Assembly (NCBI GenBank): GCA_963663965.2
Contig: CAXXFK010000023.1
Coordinates: 1-64,000, forward strand
Reading direction: 5' to 3'
DNA length: 64,000 nucleotides
From: Sedimentisphaerales bacterium
GTDB lineage: Bacteria > Planctomycetota > Phycisphaerae > Sedimentisphaerales > SM23-30
Part shown: positions 41,576 to 52,067 of the stretch, one piece after another
Position numbering within the stretch: position 1 is the first letter of the stretch
How the letters are laid out: each line of letters opens with the position of its first letter
Notes under the pieces: model-generated
Seen by the model: only the letters and a program-made list of their open reading frames with translations
What the model was told of the DNA's origin: nothing
The model's database searches: none
Program-made: the position numbers and the translations under genes

Positions 41576-42421
41576 CTAAGACTTTCGTTGTTTTTTCAGA
41601 TGTTTCAACAATATCCCATGGGCCGGCGCCGCCATTTCGCCATGGTTAAATCCCTGTAGTTCATAAAGTTCGGTCTTTTTATGGCCCGCCACCTTCATCA
41701 TCCGCATCATATAGGCGTTTTCTTCATAACGCCCCAGCATCTCCAACTCCCGGTCGCCCGTAATCAGAACCAGCGGCGGCGCGTCATCACGAACAAAATA
41801 AAGCGGCGCCATCTCATCCACCACTGGCCGCGTGCCCGGTATGCCACGCTCATCCCGGACCGTAAAATGCGTAATGGTATGCCCACTAAAGGGGATCAAG
41901 CCGGCAATTTGATTTGCGTCGATGCCATAAGCCGCCAGATAATGTTTATCCAATCCAACCATGCTCGTCAAATACCCGCCCGCTGAATGACCGGACACAT
42001 AAATCCGCTTGGCATCCCCGCCATAAGCCTCGATATGCTTAAAAGTCCACGCCACCGCCGCCGCCGCGTCTTCAACATAAACCGGACAGGAAACCTTCGG
42101 ATACAACCGGTAATTCACCGCAATAACGGCGAGCCCCTGATTCTTCAACTCATTAGGAATAAATTTCTCCCCCCCGGTCAGCCCACCGCCATGAAACCAC
42201 ACCACGGTATCATAACCTTTTTGATCCACCGGATAATAAACATCCAGACGGCACCGCTCCTTCGCGTAGTCATCCAGCTCCCCACCCGACAGGTCTCGAT
42301 ACAGAATATTCGTCTCAATCTGATACCCATCCGCCTCTTCACCCCTTGTATAATTGGATAGCACTCCGCCGCAAACCACCAGAACCAGCGCCAAACGAGA
42401 TATCGAAAACCTACAATTCAT
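41576..42421 (-). CDS. Secreted alpha/beta hydrolase (esterase, HSL-like)
   Basis: HGGG oxyanion motif, GHSAGG nucleophile elbow, signal peptide. Confidence 0.9.
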   Translation of the reverse strand: MNCRFSISRLALVLVVCGGVLSNYTRGEEADGYQIETNILYRDLSGGELDDYAKERCRLDVYYPVDQKGYDTVVWFHGGGLTGGEKFIPNELKNQGLAVIAVNYRLYPKVSCPVYVEDAAAAVAWTFKHIEAYGGDAKRIYVSGHSAGGYLTSMVGLDKHYLAAYGIDANQIAGLIPFSGHTITHFTVRDERGIPGTRPVVDEMAPLYFVRDDAPPLVLITGDRELEMLGRYEENAYMMRMMKVAGHKKTELYELQGFNHGEMAAPAHGILLKHLKKQRKS

Positions 42422-42986
42422 AATATATCCTTTCATATCAAACAACATCATATCCCCCAATTTCCTGTCACCCCATATTAAAAAAACCACCCATCATTAC
42501 CACCAAATTTTTATTATACACAGTGTTTATTATTTTGTTGACAACGATCCACCCAAAACAAAAAATGACCGTAACACATGAAATAAAAATACCTTATCGA
42601 TTGTTTGTCTTCGGACACACTATGTCATTTTAATTAAATTGGGCCGCCCATAATTTTCCGCCCCATTCAAAACAAAGCCAATCTCACTAGAGCAACCGTG
42701 GCCACATCCCGATACTCCCCAGGTGCCATCCAACCGATCAGCATCCATTCTCAAACGAACCCAATAATACTTATCTGGCGCCTAACACCCTATATACAAA
42801 CACGTTACAACACTATCAACCCGGCTGAACATCTTCTCATATCACCCCCTCCTGTCAATCCGCCCTGGCCCCTCCATCAATTTTTTCTTTGCAATCGCTC
42901 TTTTGTGTAATAAGATGCAACGGACACAGACATCCATAAATATAAGAAAACATTAGTCTTACTATATACCTTAACAGGATATCCCC

Positions 42987-44054
42987 ATGAAATTCCGAGT
43001 CCGATACAATCCATCGTACCCCAGCCAATTGCCTCAATTTAAGGGGCAGATCCTCATCATTATCATCGGCGTTTTTATCCTGCTCTGGCTGCTGTTCTCC
43101 ACCTTTTACATGGTCGAGGCCGACAGCCAGGGAGTCCTCTTGCGTTTCGGCCGCTTCGATCGCCTCACAGAGCCCGGTCTGCACATGAAAATGCCCTGGC
43201 CCATCGAAACCGCCATGGTCATCCCCGTCCAGCAGGTCCAGTCGCTGGAGTACGGCTTCGAAACCGTCCGGCCCGGCCGCGACACTCAATACCGCACCCC
43301 CACCAAAGAAATGCGCACCATCGCCGAAATGCTTACCGGCGATCTCAACCTCGCCCATGTTGAATGGATCGTGCAATATCGCATCAACGATGCCTACCAA
43401 TACCTCTTTAAAGTCGGTGGCAAGTCCACCCCCCAGTCCACCATCGACGATATCATCAATGATATCTCCGAATCGGTCATGCGCCGCCTGGTCGGCGATG
43501 CCAGTGTCGATGAAGTCATCACCATCGGCCGCGACCAGATCGCCATGGAAGCCAAAGTCGATATCCAGGACATGCTCGACAAATTCGAAACCGGCGTGCA
43601 GGTCGTCACCGTCAAATTACAAACCGCCTCGCCACCCGAAGAGGTCAAAGACGCCTTCGACGAGGTCAACCGTGCCCGCCAGAAAAAAGAAAAAGTCATC
43701 AACGAAGCCCTGGGCGAAAAAAATCGCCAGATCCCCGCCGCCCGCGGCCAGCGCGACCGCGTCATCAGCGAAGCCGAAGGCTATCGCGAACGCGTCGTCC
43801 GCAGTATGGAAGGCAAGGTCAACGCCTTTCTCGCTCAGCTGGCCCAATACAAAAAGGCCCCCGAAATCACCCGCACCCGACTCTACCTCGAAACCATGGA
43901 GTCCATCCTGCAAGTCGCCCCCGATGTTACCGTTCTGGATAGCCAGATCTCCGGCATCCTGCCCCTGCTCGATTTAAACAATCCACAAAAAAAATCTATC
44001 GGGCCCTCTCTGCCCACCCCCTCGACTCCCGCTAATAATGGAGGCCGGCAATGA
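42987..44054 (+). CDS. hflK: FtsH protease modulator HflK
   Basis: SPFH domain, MLTGDLN, VKDAFDEV, YKKAPEITRTRLYLETM. Confidence 0.93.
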   Translation: MKFRVRYNPSYPSQLPQFKGQILIIIIGVFILLWLLFSTFYMVEADSQGVLLRFGRFDRLTEPGLHMKMPWPIETAMVIPVQQVQSLEYGFETVRPGRDTQYRTPTKEMRTIAEMLTGDLNLAHVEWIVQYRINDAYQYLFKVGGKSTPQSTIDDIINDISESVMRRLVGDASVDEVITIGRDQIAMEAKVDIQDMLDKFETGVQVVTVKLQTASPPEEVKDAFDEVNRARQKKEKVINEALGEKNRQIPAARGQRDRVISEAEGYRERVVRSMEGKVNAFLAQLAQYKKAPEITRTRLYLETMESILQVAPDVTVLDSQISGILPLLDLNNPQKKSIGPSLPTPSTPANNGGRQ

Positions 44055-45001
44055 AAATCAATAAACTCATTATAGCCATCGTTGCGTTCGTTATCCTGCT
44101 GATCATCCTGAGCGGCCTGTTTATCGTCGAAGAAGGCGAACAGGCGGTCATCACCCAGTTCGGCAAACCCGTGCGCAGCATAACCGAGGCCGGCCTCAAT
44201 ATCCGCATCCCCTTTATCCAGCGCATCCATGTCCTGGAAAAACGACTGCTGCCCTGGGACGGCGACGCCGAAAACATGCAGACCCGCGACAAAAAACGCA
44301 TCTTTGTCGATGTCTGGGCCCGCTGGCGCATTGTCGACCCCATGGTCTACTTCCAGCGCGTTCGCACCGAAATCCGCGGCTACAAAATACTCGATGACCT
44401 GGTCGACTCCGCAGTCCGCGACGTCGTTGCCCGCTACAACCTCATCGAAGTGGTCCGCAGCTCCAACCGTCAGCTGCAATACGAATCGAATGAATTAATG
44501 AACGAAGCCTTCGCGCTCGATCCCATCAAAGTCGGGCGCGCCAAAATGGAAAACGAAATCCTCTCCGTCGCTTCTAAAGATATCAAAGAAGAATACGGCA
44601 TCGAACTGATCTTGGTCAAAGTCAAGCGCGTTAACTATATCGAGTCAGTCCGGCCCACCGTCTACGACCGTATGCGAGCCGAACGGCTGCGCATCGCCAA
44701 CCTGTTCGAATCGGAAGCCAAAGAAGAAGAAAACAAAATCCTCGGCCAGATGCAAAAGGAACTCGAACAAATCACCGGAGAAACCGAACAGCGCTCCGCC
44801 GAAATTCGCGGTGAAGCCGATGCCGAAGTCATTGCAATCGCCGCCGAAGGGTTCTCCCAGGAACCCGAATTCTACCAGTTCCTCCGCTCGCTCGAGTCGC
44901 TCAAAAACTCCCTCCAGACCAACACCCGGCTGATTCTTTCTACCGACAATCCATTCCTTGAGCCCGTCAAACTGGGGCCCGCCTCATCGCCTTCAAAATA
45001 A
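44051..45001 (+). CDS. hflC: FtsH protease modulator HflC
   Basis: ITQFGKPV, YDRMRAER, PEFYQFLRSLE; 4-nt overlap with hflK. Confidence 0.93.
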   Translation: MKINKLIIAIVAFVILLIILSGLFIVEEGEQAVITQFGKPVRSITEAGLNIRIPFIQRIHVLEKRLLPWDGDAENMQTRDKKRIFVDVWARWRIVDPMVYFQRVRTEIRGYKILDDLVDSAVRDVVARYNLIEVVRSSNRQLQYESNELMNEAFALDPIKVGRAKMENEILSVASKDIKEEYGIELILVKVKRVNYIESVRPTVYDRMRAERLRIANLFESEAKEEENKILGQMQKELEQITGETEQRSAEIRGEADAEVIAIAAEGFSQEPEFYQFLRSLESLKNSLQTNTRLILSTDNPFLEPVKLGPASSPSK

Positions 45002-45064
45002 TTGGGGATCATTAAGCCCGGTCTTTTGAACGGGGCCCAATGATACCGCTCACCGAGACATAAT

Positions 45065-45111
45065 AAAAAAACGATCCCGCAAAATTCAATTGGCGGGATC
45101 GTTGCTTTTTT
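45065..45111. terminator. Bidirectional terminator
   Basis: AACGATCCCGC-N12-GCGGGATCGTT flanked by A and T runs, between convergent genes. Confidence 0.8.
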
Positions 45112-45135
45112 AGCTCTTTCCGAATTCCAATACGT

Positions 45136-45285
45136 TTAGGCAACTGCCTCCACGTGGTACACCATTGTCGTCGCTTCCGGCTTGGCTTCCGGATCGGGTG
45201 TCGTCGGCTTGGATTCTTCTTTCTTGGCGCATCCACTCAGCGCGAACAGGCCCAGTATCGTTACGATACACAACAGCTTTTTCAT
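45136..45285 (-). CDS. Small (49 aa) lipoprotein
   Basis: GGAGG RBS; MKKLLCIVTILGLFALSGC lipobox; terminator downstream. Confidence 0.7.
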   Translation of the reverse strand: MKKLLCIVTILGLFALSGCAKKEESKPTTPDPEAKPEATTMVYHVEAVA

Positions 45286-45477
45286 AATAAACCTCCATTC
45301 AATGTTCGGGTTTAAAAACATCTGATTGATTATTAATTCCAGCTTCACCAGGCACTGGAAACACTCATTTTTCTACATTGATCATTATCTTAGTCGAAAA
45401 TTAAAAAATGTCTTACAAAAAAAGTAAAAAAGTTTACTTCCTTGCCCGGTTTAAGCAGCAATTGGCCCTGCTTTACT

Positions 45478-46080
45478 TCAAAACGTATTGTTTATAACCA
45501 CTTCACCCAGCGGCAGTTGCCCCGGTTTGGGCCAGGCCGCCTTGGTGCCCTTGCCCACGGCCACAAACATCGCCACCACATGATTCGCCGGCAGCTTAAT
45601 CAGCTTGCCAACCGCATCATAGTCAAAACCATCCATCGGACACGAATCATAACCCATTGCCTTCGCTGCCAGCATGATCGTCTGGGCCGCGATCCCGCAC
45701 GACCGCATCGCCTCATCCCGTTCAACCTGACTTTTACCCCGGTAATAGACATCGATCGCCGGCACCAGAAAATCCTGCACCTCTTTCGGCGCGTTCACCC
45801 AGTAGCGATTAGGTTCTTTCTCCCACGCCTTTAAATCGGCACACAATACGATCAATAACGACGCGTCCGTCACCTGGGCCTGATCCCACGCCACCTTCCG
45901 AATCTTATGACGTAATTCCGGATCTCGCACCACAACAAACCGCCAGTTCTGAATATTGAAGGCCGTGGGGGCCTGAATCGCCAGTTCAAAGAGCTGTTTT
46001 TCTTCCGATTCTGACAATTTGTGCCCTGCATCATAATGTTTTACCGCGCGACGGGCTCGGATGGCTTCAAAAGTGTCCAT
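45478..46080 (-). CDS. Nitroreductase family protein
   Basis: RRAVKHY, APTAFNIQNWRF, GYDSCPMDGFD. Confidence 0.92.
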   Translation of the reverse strand: MDTFEAIRARRAVKHYDAGHKLSESEEKQLFELAIQAPTAFNIQNWRFVVVRDPELRHKIRKVAWDQAQVTDASLLIVLCADLKAWEKEPNRYWVNAPKEVQDFLVPAIDVYYRGKSQVERDEAMRSCGIAAQTIMLAAKAMGYDSCPMDGFDYDAVGKLIKLPANHVVAMFVAVGKGTKAAWPKPGQLPLGEVVINNTF

Positions 46081-46276
46081 ATTATCTCCTTCTATATAAA
46101 AGAGTTATGTTGTTTTTAAAATTTATTCTAACAAACAGTCGTATGATTTTAGGCCCGCTCCAGCCGGTTTTTCAAATTCAACCGTCCCTAATACAAACTT
46201 ATACTGGAAATTCTCAGAAAAAATGCTATACTGCATCCCTTCAAAATGGTTGACCATTAATCCACAGGGAATTTCT

Positions 46277-47524
46277 ATGCAATTAACACGATTTGGCGAA
46301 AAGTTACAACATAAATCAGGCATCAGCCTCCTCATGGACGACCTCGATCATGCCATGAATGTCAACCGTGATATGCTCATGCTCGGCGGTGGCAATCCGG
46401 CTTTCGTACCTCCCGTCCAGCAGGTCTTTCGCGCCTGCATGCGCGACCTGCTCAACAATGGCGACAGCTACGAAAAAGCCCTTGGCATTTACGACGCCCC
46501 CCAGGGCAATACTGCCTTTATCGAAAACCTCAGCGCCCTGTTTCGCGCCGAGTTCGGCTGGGATATCACCCCCAAAAATATCGCCCTCACCACTGGCAGC
46601 CAGTCTGCCTTTTTTGTTCTGATGAACATGTTTGCCGGCGAAGATCGTCTCGGCCGCCAGAAAAAAATCCTCCTGCCCCTCGCCCCCGAATACATCGGCT
46701 ACACCGATATCGGCATCAGTGGCGATATCTTCCGCAGCTTCCAGCCCGAAATTGAACTGCTCGATAACCGATTCTTCAAATACCGCGTCAACTTCGACGC
46801 ACTCGAAATTGGTGACGATGTCGGCGCCGTCTGTCTGTCGCGCCCAACCAATCCCACCGGCAATGTGCTGACGGATGACGAAATTACCCGCCTGGTCCGG
46901 ATGACCACTGATAAAAACATCCCGCTCATCCTCGACAATGCCTACGGCACCCCATTCCCCAACATTATCTTCACCGACGCCCAGCCCATCTGGACCCCCA
47001 ATACCATCGTCAGTATGAGCCTGTCCAAATTCGGCCTGCCCGGCACCCGTACCGGTATCATTATCGCCCGGGAAGAGATTGTCCAGGCCGTCTGCGAATT
47101 CAACGCCGTGCTCAGCCTGGCCCCCGGTGGCATGGGCGCCGCCATCGCCAACCGCCTGGTCAAATCCGGCGAAATCCTCCAACTCAGCCGTGAAGTCATC
47201 AAACCCTTCTACCTGGAAAAATGCCAACACGCCGTCGCGATCTGGCAGCGCGAACTCCAAGGCCTCGATTACCGCATCCACAAGCCCGAAGGCGCCCTCT
47301 TCCTCTGGCTCTGGTTCAAAGACCTGCCCATTACCAACGAAGAACTCTACCAGCGCCTCAAAAAACGCGGCGTCCTCATCGTCCCCGGACACTATTTCTT
47401 CCCCGGCCTCCAGCAACCCTGGCAGCACGCCCATGAATGCTTCCGCATGACCTACTCCCAAAGCCCCCAAACCGTCGAAAAAGGCATCGCCATCATCGCC
47501 GACGAAATCAAACGCCTGTTCTGA
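46277..47524 (+). CDS. avtA: Valine--pyruvate aminotransferase
   Basis: LGGGNPA, PEYIGY, SRPTNPTGNV, DNAYG, SLSK.GLPG.RTG, KPEGALFLWLWF. Confidence 0.88.
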   Translation: MQLTRFGEKLQHKSGISLLMDDLDHAMNVNRDMLMLGGGNPAFVPPVQQVFRACMRDLLNNGDSYEKALGIYDAPQGNTAFIENLSALFRAEFGWDITPKNIALTTGSQSAFFVLMNMFAGEDRLGRQKKILLPLAPEYIGYTDIGISGDIFRSFQPEIELLDNRFFKYRVNFDALEIGDDVGAVCLSRPTNPTGNVLTDDEITRLVRMTTDKNIPLILDNAYGTPFPNIIFTDAQPIWTPNTIVSMSLSKFGLPGTRTGIIIAREEIVQAVCEFNAVLSLAPGGMGAAIANRLVKSGEILQLSREVIKPFYLEKCQHAVAIWQRELQGLDYRIHKPEGALFLWLWFKDLPITNEELYQRLKKRGVLIVPGHYFFPGLQQPWQHAHECFRMTYSQSPQTVEKGIAIIADEIKRLF

Positions 47525-47611
47525 CCAAAATTTCACAACCGTAACATACTTCAATAAAACGTTTTACAATTAATATTTGCAATTATGCATTTTGAATGCA
47601 TAATTGTAATA

Positions 47612-48838
47612 ATGGCCTTATCCAATTACATCACACGCGAACTTGAACGCCCGATAAAACAGGCCGCCCGGGATTTCCCGGTCATTGCCCTCACCGGCCC
47701 CCGCCAGTCCGGCAAAACGACCCTCCTGAACCATCTTTTCAGCAAAACCCACCGGTACCTCTCCATGGATCGCCCCGACATTCGTCAGGCAGCCCAACAC
47801 GATCCCAAAGGCTTCTTCACACTTTATCCGCCTCCGGTCCTGCTGGATGAAATTCAATACGCCCCCGAGCTGCTATCTTATATTAAAAACATCGTCGACC
47901 AGCACCGTGACCACAAAGGTCAGTTCATCCTGACCGGTTCCCAGAATTTTGCCATGTCCCAACAGATTTCCGAAAGCCTCGCCGGACGCGTCGCCATGTT
48001 GACATTACTGCCGCTGTCCTTTCGCGAAATCACCGGTCGCATCAATCGGCCGGCCCTGTGGGAAATCCCTTTTAGCAGATCGAACGAACCGGAAAACAAC
48101 GACTCCGAACAGCTATGGCCCTTTTTGCGGCGCGGCGGCTACCCCGAGCTGATCCGCGAACCGCACCGGGACGCTCAACTCTGGCACAGCAGCTATATCC
48201 AAACCTATCTGGAACGCGACCTGCGTTCACTTCGACAGGTGGGTGATCTGGGCCAGTTCCAGATCTTTATGCGCGCCCTGGCGGCACGCAATGGCCAGTT
48301 GCTCAACCTGACCGAATTAGGCAATGAATTGGGCCTGGTCACCAATACCGTAAAAGCCTGGATCTCGATTCTGGAAACCAGCTACCAAATCCTGCTCCTG
48401 CGGCCCTGGTTTACCAACACCGGCAAACGCCTGGTCAAAACTCCCAAACTATACTTCACCGATCCCGGCACGCTCTCATACTTCGCCGGCATTCAATCAA
48501 AAGAACACATATTAAGCCTCCCCCAGGGCGGCGCCCTGTTTGAAACCGCTGTCATTATGGAAATTATCAAATATTTCCGCAATCTCGGCCGGGAACCCCG
48601 TGTTTATTTCTGGCGCACTTCGACCGCTCAGGAAGTGGATCTGATCGTAGAATCCGGCCCGGCAATTATCCCCATTGAAATAAAACTGTCTTCAACTCCC
48701 CGCCCCAAAATGGCCGACAGTATCCGCGCCCTCCTGCGCGACCAGCCGCAAATAAAAACCGGCTATGTCATCCATACCGGCCCGGACACCCTGCCCCTGG
48801 GCGATCAGATTACTGCCATACCATTTGGGCGAATATAA
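47612..48838 (+). CDS. AAA_14/DUF4143 ATP-binding protein
   Basis: GPRQSGKTT, LDEIQ, LTGSQ, GGYP, KLYFTD, EVD...PIEIK. Confidence 0.9.
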   Translation: MALSNYITRELERPIKQAARDFPVIALTGPRQSGKTTLLNHLFSKTHRYLSMDRPDIRQAAQHDPKGFFTLYPPPVLLDEIQYAPELLSYIKNIVDQHRDHKGQFILTGSQNFAMSQQISESLAGRVAMLTLLPLSFREITGRINRPALWEIPFSRSNEPENNDSEQLWPFLRRGGYPELIREPHRDAQLWHSSYIQTYLERDLRSLRQVGDLGQFQIFMRALAARNGQLLNLTELGNELGLVTNTVKAWISILETSYQILLLRPWFTNTGKRLVKTPKLYFTDPGTLSYFAGIQSKEHILSLPQGGALFETAVIMEIIKYFRNLGREPRVYFWRTSTAQEVDLIVESGPAIIPIEIKLSSTPRPKMADSIRALLRDQPQIKTGYVIHTGPDTLPLGDQITAIPFGRI

Positions 48839-48856
48839 TTTTGCCGGAACACTATC

Positions 48857-49537
48857 TTATCCCGCATTCAGATCTCTCACAAAATGCGACTCCGGCTTCA
48901 ATTCCGATGGTTCAAGTCCCAATATGTCCGCAATGATCTGACATAGATCGGACCAGATCTGCCGATCGTTCACTCTGTGATTCAGTTCTACAAGCGCTTT
49001 CGATAAATCCCCCAATGTCCTACAATGACTCGGGACGCTATAGCTTGCGTTCCGATAGGAGAAGCGCTTTCGATAAATCCCCATCAAAACGCATAAAGCC
49101 GCCAGACAGAATCCCGCCTTTATATATCCATAAAACAGTAAAGCAATTGAAATAACAACAAGAATTACCCAGAAAGCAAAGATCATCAATCCTTTTCCGC
49201 TGATCCCCGGCTCAAGTTTGGGAAATACCCACTTCGTTTGTTCCTCTAACCTTTCCCACAGCGTTTTTAACGTTTCATTTTCTGACAGGGCCGAAACCGG
49301 CATATTCGGTCGAATCATCTTACGAGGCCAAGCCGTTAGGTTAACCAGAGCCCTGCGCAACCGATAAAAAACCCGCTGCTCTGAACAACTCTCCACCAGA
49401 GGCCGGCTTCGTACTTTCGATTTAATCAACTCATAATACTTCCCAACCGTTTCGCATTGACTTGCTTCGTCTTCAGAGATCTGAATACCAAAGCGATCTT
49501 CCACCGCCATAACTATTTCTATCATATCAAGCCCCAC
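48857..49537 (-). CDS. ACP-like membrane protein (circularly permuted ACP halves flanking a TM hairpin)
   Basis: N-terminal GLDMIEIVMAVEDRFGIQI and C-terminal IIADILGLEPSELKPESHFVRDL; hydrophobic hairpin in between; GTG start. Confidence 0.7.
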   Translation of the reverse strand: MGLDMIEIVMAVEDRFGIQISEDEASQCETVGKYYELIKSKVRSRPLVESCSEQRVFYRLRRALVNLTAWPRKMIRPNMPVSALSENETLKTLWERLEEQTKWVFPKLEPGISGKGLMIFAFWVILVVISIALLFYGYIKAGFCLAALCVLMGIYRKRFSYRNASYSVPSHCRTLGDLSKALVELNHRVNDRQIWSDLCQIIADILGLEPSELKPESHFVRDLNAG

Positions 49538-49547
49538 GGTTCACCCC

Positions 49548-49790
49548 TTAATACGCTTGTTGGCGAGATTGCCTCAGTTTATTTGATTTTGATTTAGAAT
49601 GATACCTTTGCACGGCCTGAAAATCTTTTTTCTCTAATTCCGGATTGTCAGTGATTAATTCCTCTTCAGAAATACCACCGGCCAGAGCCCGTAAAAATTG
49701 TTCGACGGTTATCCGCATACCCCTTATAGTCGGTTTTCCCGGCATAACTTTGGGATTTATAGCTATCCGTGATAATATATTTTCAGACAT
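49548..49790 (-). CDS. DUF433 putative antitoxin, possibly C-terminally damaged
   Basis: RIAINPKVMPGKPTIRGMRITV and NPELEKKDF motifs; tail after FQAVQ is atypical. Confidence 0.8.
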   Translation of the reverse strand: MSENILSRIAINPKVMPGKPTIRGMRITVEQFLRALAGGISEEELITDNPELEKKDFQAVQRYHSKSKSNKLRQSRQQAY

Positions 49791-49893
49791 CTATAGCCTC
49801 ACTTTCTGTTTTTAATTACTTTGTCACTTTATATCAAATTTTAATCATTATTCAAGTAAACCCGCTCATTTCATCGATCTGTCCCCCGTCGCA

Positions 49894-49922
49894 TTGACTT
49901 ACCCCATCAAAAATGCTATAAA
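49894..49922 (+). promoter_or_regulatory. sigma70-type promoter for trpBA
   Basis: TTGACT-17-TATAAA with extended -10 TG at 49914-49915. Confidence 0.7.
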
Positions 49923-50026
49923 AGTACATAAAGTTATCATGGCCTGCCCAACCCGGCGATTTAGACCATAACCGATTTGTCTTAAGTAAGTTATCCAATA
50001 TCAGCATTCGAAACGGAACCTGAATT

Positions 50027-51208
50027 ATGAAAAACCCAGGACGCTACGGCCAGTTCGGCGGCTATTATGTGCCGGAAGTACTCATGCCCGCCTTGGAAGA
50101 AATCGAGCAGGCATTTTACCGCTGGCAGTTTGATGAGCAGTTCAATCGTGAATTATTTGAATTGCTCACCGATTACGCCGGCCGGCCCACCCCGCTCTAC
50201 CTGAGTCCCTCACTCAGCCGGCGCGTCGGCGCCCAGGTCTATCTCAAGCGCGAAGACCTCATGCACGGCGGCGCCCACAAACTCAACAACACTCTCGGCC
50301 AGGGCCTGCTCGCCAAATACATGGGCAAAAAGAAACTCATCGCCGAAACCGGCGCCGGCCAGCACGGACTGGCTACCGCCACCATCGGCGCCAAAATGGG
50401 CATGGAAGTCAAGGTCTTCATGGGCTGCGTGGATATCGAACGCCAGATGCCCAATGTCCAGAAAATGCGCCTGCTTGGCGCCGAAGTCATCTCCGTTACC
50501 AGCGCCACCGGCACCCTCAAAGACGCCATCAACGATGCCATGCGTTACTGGACGGCGCATGTGGATGACACCTTCTACCTCTTCGGCACTGCCGCCGGAC
50601 CGCATCCCTATCCCCAGGTCGTCCGCCATTTTCAGAAGGTCATCGGCGATGAAACCCGCCACCAATGCCTCAGCAAACTCGGCCGCCTGCCCACTGCGGT
50701 CATTGCCTGCGTTGGGGGCGGCAGCAATGCCATCGGCATGTTCGCCGGCTTTATCGAAGACGAAAAAGTTCAGCTCATAGGCGTCGAAGCCGCCGGCGAA
50801 GGTCTCGATACCGAACGTCACGCCGCCACTCTGCAAAAAGGCGGCGTCGGAGTTCTGCATGGCGCACGATCCTATATCCTCCAGGACGAAAACGGCCAGG
50901 TCCATGAATCCCATTCGATCAGCGCCGGCCTCGACTACCCCGGCGTTGGGCCCGAACATAGCTACCTCAAGGAAACCGGCCGGGCTGAATATGTCGGTGC
51001 CACCGATGATGAAGTCCTCGATACGTTCTTGCTGCTCACCCGCGAAGAGGGCATTATTCCCGCCTTCGAAAGCACCCACGCCATCGCCTGGTTGCTTAAT
51101 AACGCCGATCGTTTCCAATCCGACGATGTGGTCGTCGTCAATCTCTCCGGACGCGGTGACAAAGATGTCGACGCCTACATCCGATACCGGCCCGAATCTG
51201 CTAAATAA
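50027..51208 (+). CDS. trpB: Tryptophan synthase beta chain
   Basis: [57 protein letters not shown]. Confidence 0.97.
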   Translation: MKNPGRYGQFGGYYVPEVLMPALEEIEQAFYRWQFDEQFNRELFELLTDYAGRPTPLYLSPSLSRRVGAQVYLKREDLMHGGAHKLNNTLGQGLLAKYMGKKKLIAETGAGQHGLATATIGAKMGMEVKVFMGCVDIERQMPNVQKMRLLGAEVISVTSATGTLKDAINDAMRYWTAHVDDTFYLFGTAAGPHPYPQVVRHFQKVIGDETRHQCLSKLGRLPTAVIACVGGGSNAIGMFAGFIEDEKVQLIGVEAAGEGLDTERHAATLQKGGVGVLHGARSYILQDENGQVHESHSISAGLDYPGVGPEHSYLKETGRAEYVGATDDEVLDTFLLLTREEGIIPAFESTHAIAWLLNNADRFQSDDVVVVNLSGRGDKDVDAYIRYRPESAK

Positions 51209-51275
51209 CCGTAGATGGGCAAGCACTGTTTGCCCATGCTGAGTTTTTGCATAAAACCGCATTAAGGATGCCAGC

Positions 51276-52067
51276 ATGCTCACTTATAAACAACTCTTTG
51301 CCAACCTCAATCGCCCGGCCTTTGTCCCCTTTTTCGTTCTGGGCGATCCCAATTACAACGAGTCACTCCGACTGATCAAGGCCGCCATCGACGCCGGGGC
51401 GGATGTCCTCGAACTTGGCATCCCCTTCAGCGATCCTACCGCCGATGGCCCCACCATCCAGAAAGCCGATGTCCGCGCCCTTGAATCCGGTATGACCTGT
51501 AAAAAGGCGCTCAACCTTATTGCTGAAATCAAGCAATACCGCGACATACCGATCGGCCTGCTCATGTATTACAATATCATCGAAAAATACGGTCGCGAAA
51601 AATTTTATCTCGACGCCGCCCGCGCCGGGGTCAACAGCGTCCTGGTCGCCGACCTCTGTGTCGATGACGCCGACGAGGTCCAGCCCCTTATCGAAAAGGC
51701 CGGCCTCGACTCCGTCTACATGGTCACCCCCAACACCGCCGAAAGCCGCCGCGACAAAATCGCCCGGCTCTGTACCGGCTTTATCTATACCGTCTCCACC
51801 CTCGGCGTCACCGGCGCCCGCGCCCAGCTGAGCGACCTGGTCCTGCCCCTGGTTCACGATCTCAAACAACGGACCCCCATCCCCGTCTGTGTCGGTTTCG
51901 GCGTCAGCCAGCCCGATCATGCCCGACAACTTGCCGCCGCCGGCGTCGACGGCGTCATTGTCGGCTCCGCCATCGTCAATATCATCGATCGCAACCTCAA
52001 TAACCTTGATATGGCCGAATCCGAACTCAAACAACTCATCGCTGACATGAAGGCGGCACTGGAATAA
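51276..52067 (+). CDS. trpA: Tryptophan synthase alpha chain
   Basis: LELGIPFSDPTADGPTIQ, GVTG, VGFG, DGVIVGSA. Confidence 0.97.
   Translation: MLTYKQLFANLNRPAFVPFFVLGDPNYNESLRLIKAAIDAGADVLELGIPFSDPTADGPTIQKADVRALESGMTCKKALNLIAEIKQYRDIPIGLLMYYNIIEKYGREKFYLDAARAGVNSVLVADLCVDDADEVQPLIEKAGLDSVYMVTPNTAESRRDKIARLCTGFIYTVSTLGVTGARAQLSDLVLPLVHDLKQRTPIPVCVGFGVSQPDHARQLAAAGVDGVIVGSAIVNIIDRNLNNLDMAESELKQLIADMKAALE

Noticed and set aside
45136..45138. Selenocysteine read-through of the small lipoprotein
   Set aside because: The stop codon is TAA, not TGA, and a terminator follows.
49939..49971. Short ORF upstream of trpB as an attenuator leader
   Set aside because: MACPTRRFRP has no Trp codons and no terminator/antiterminator pair is evident.
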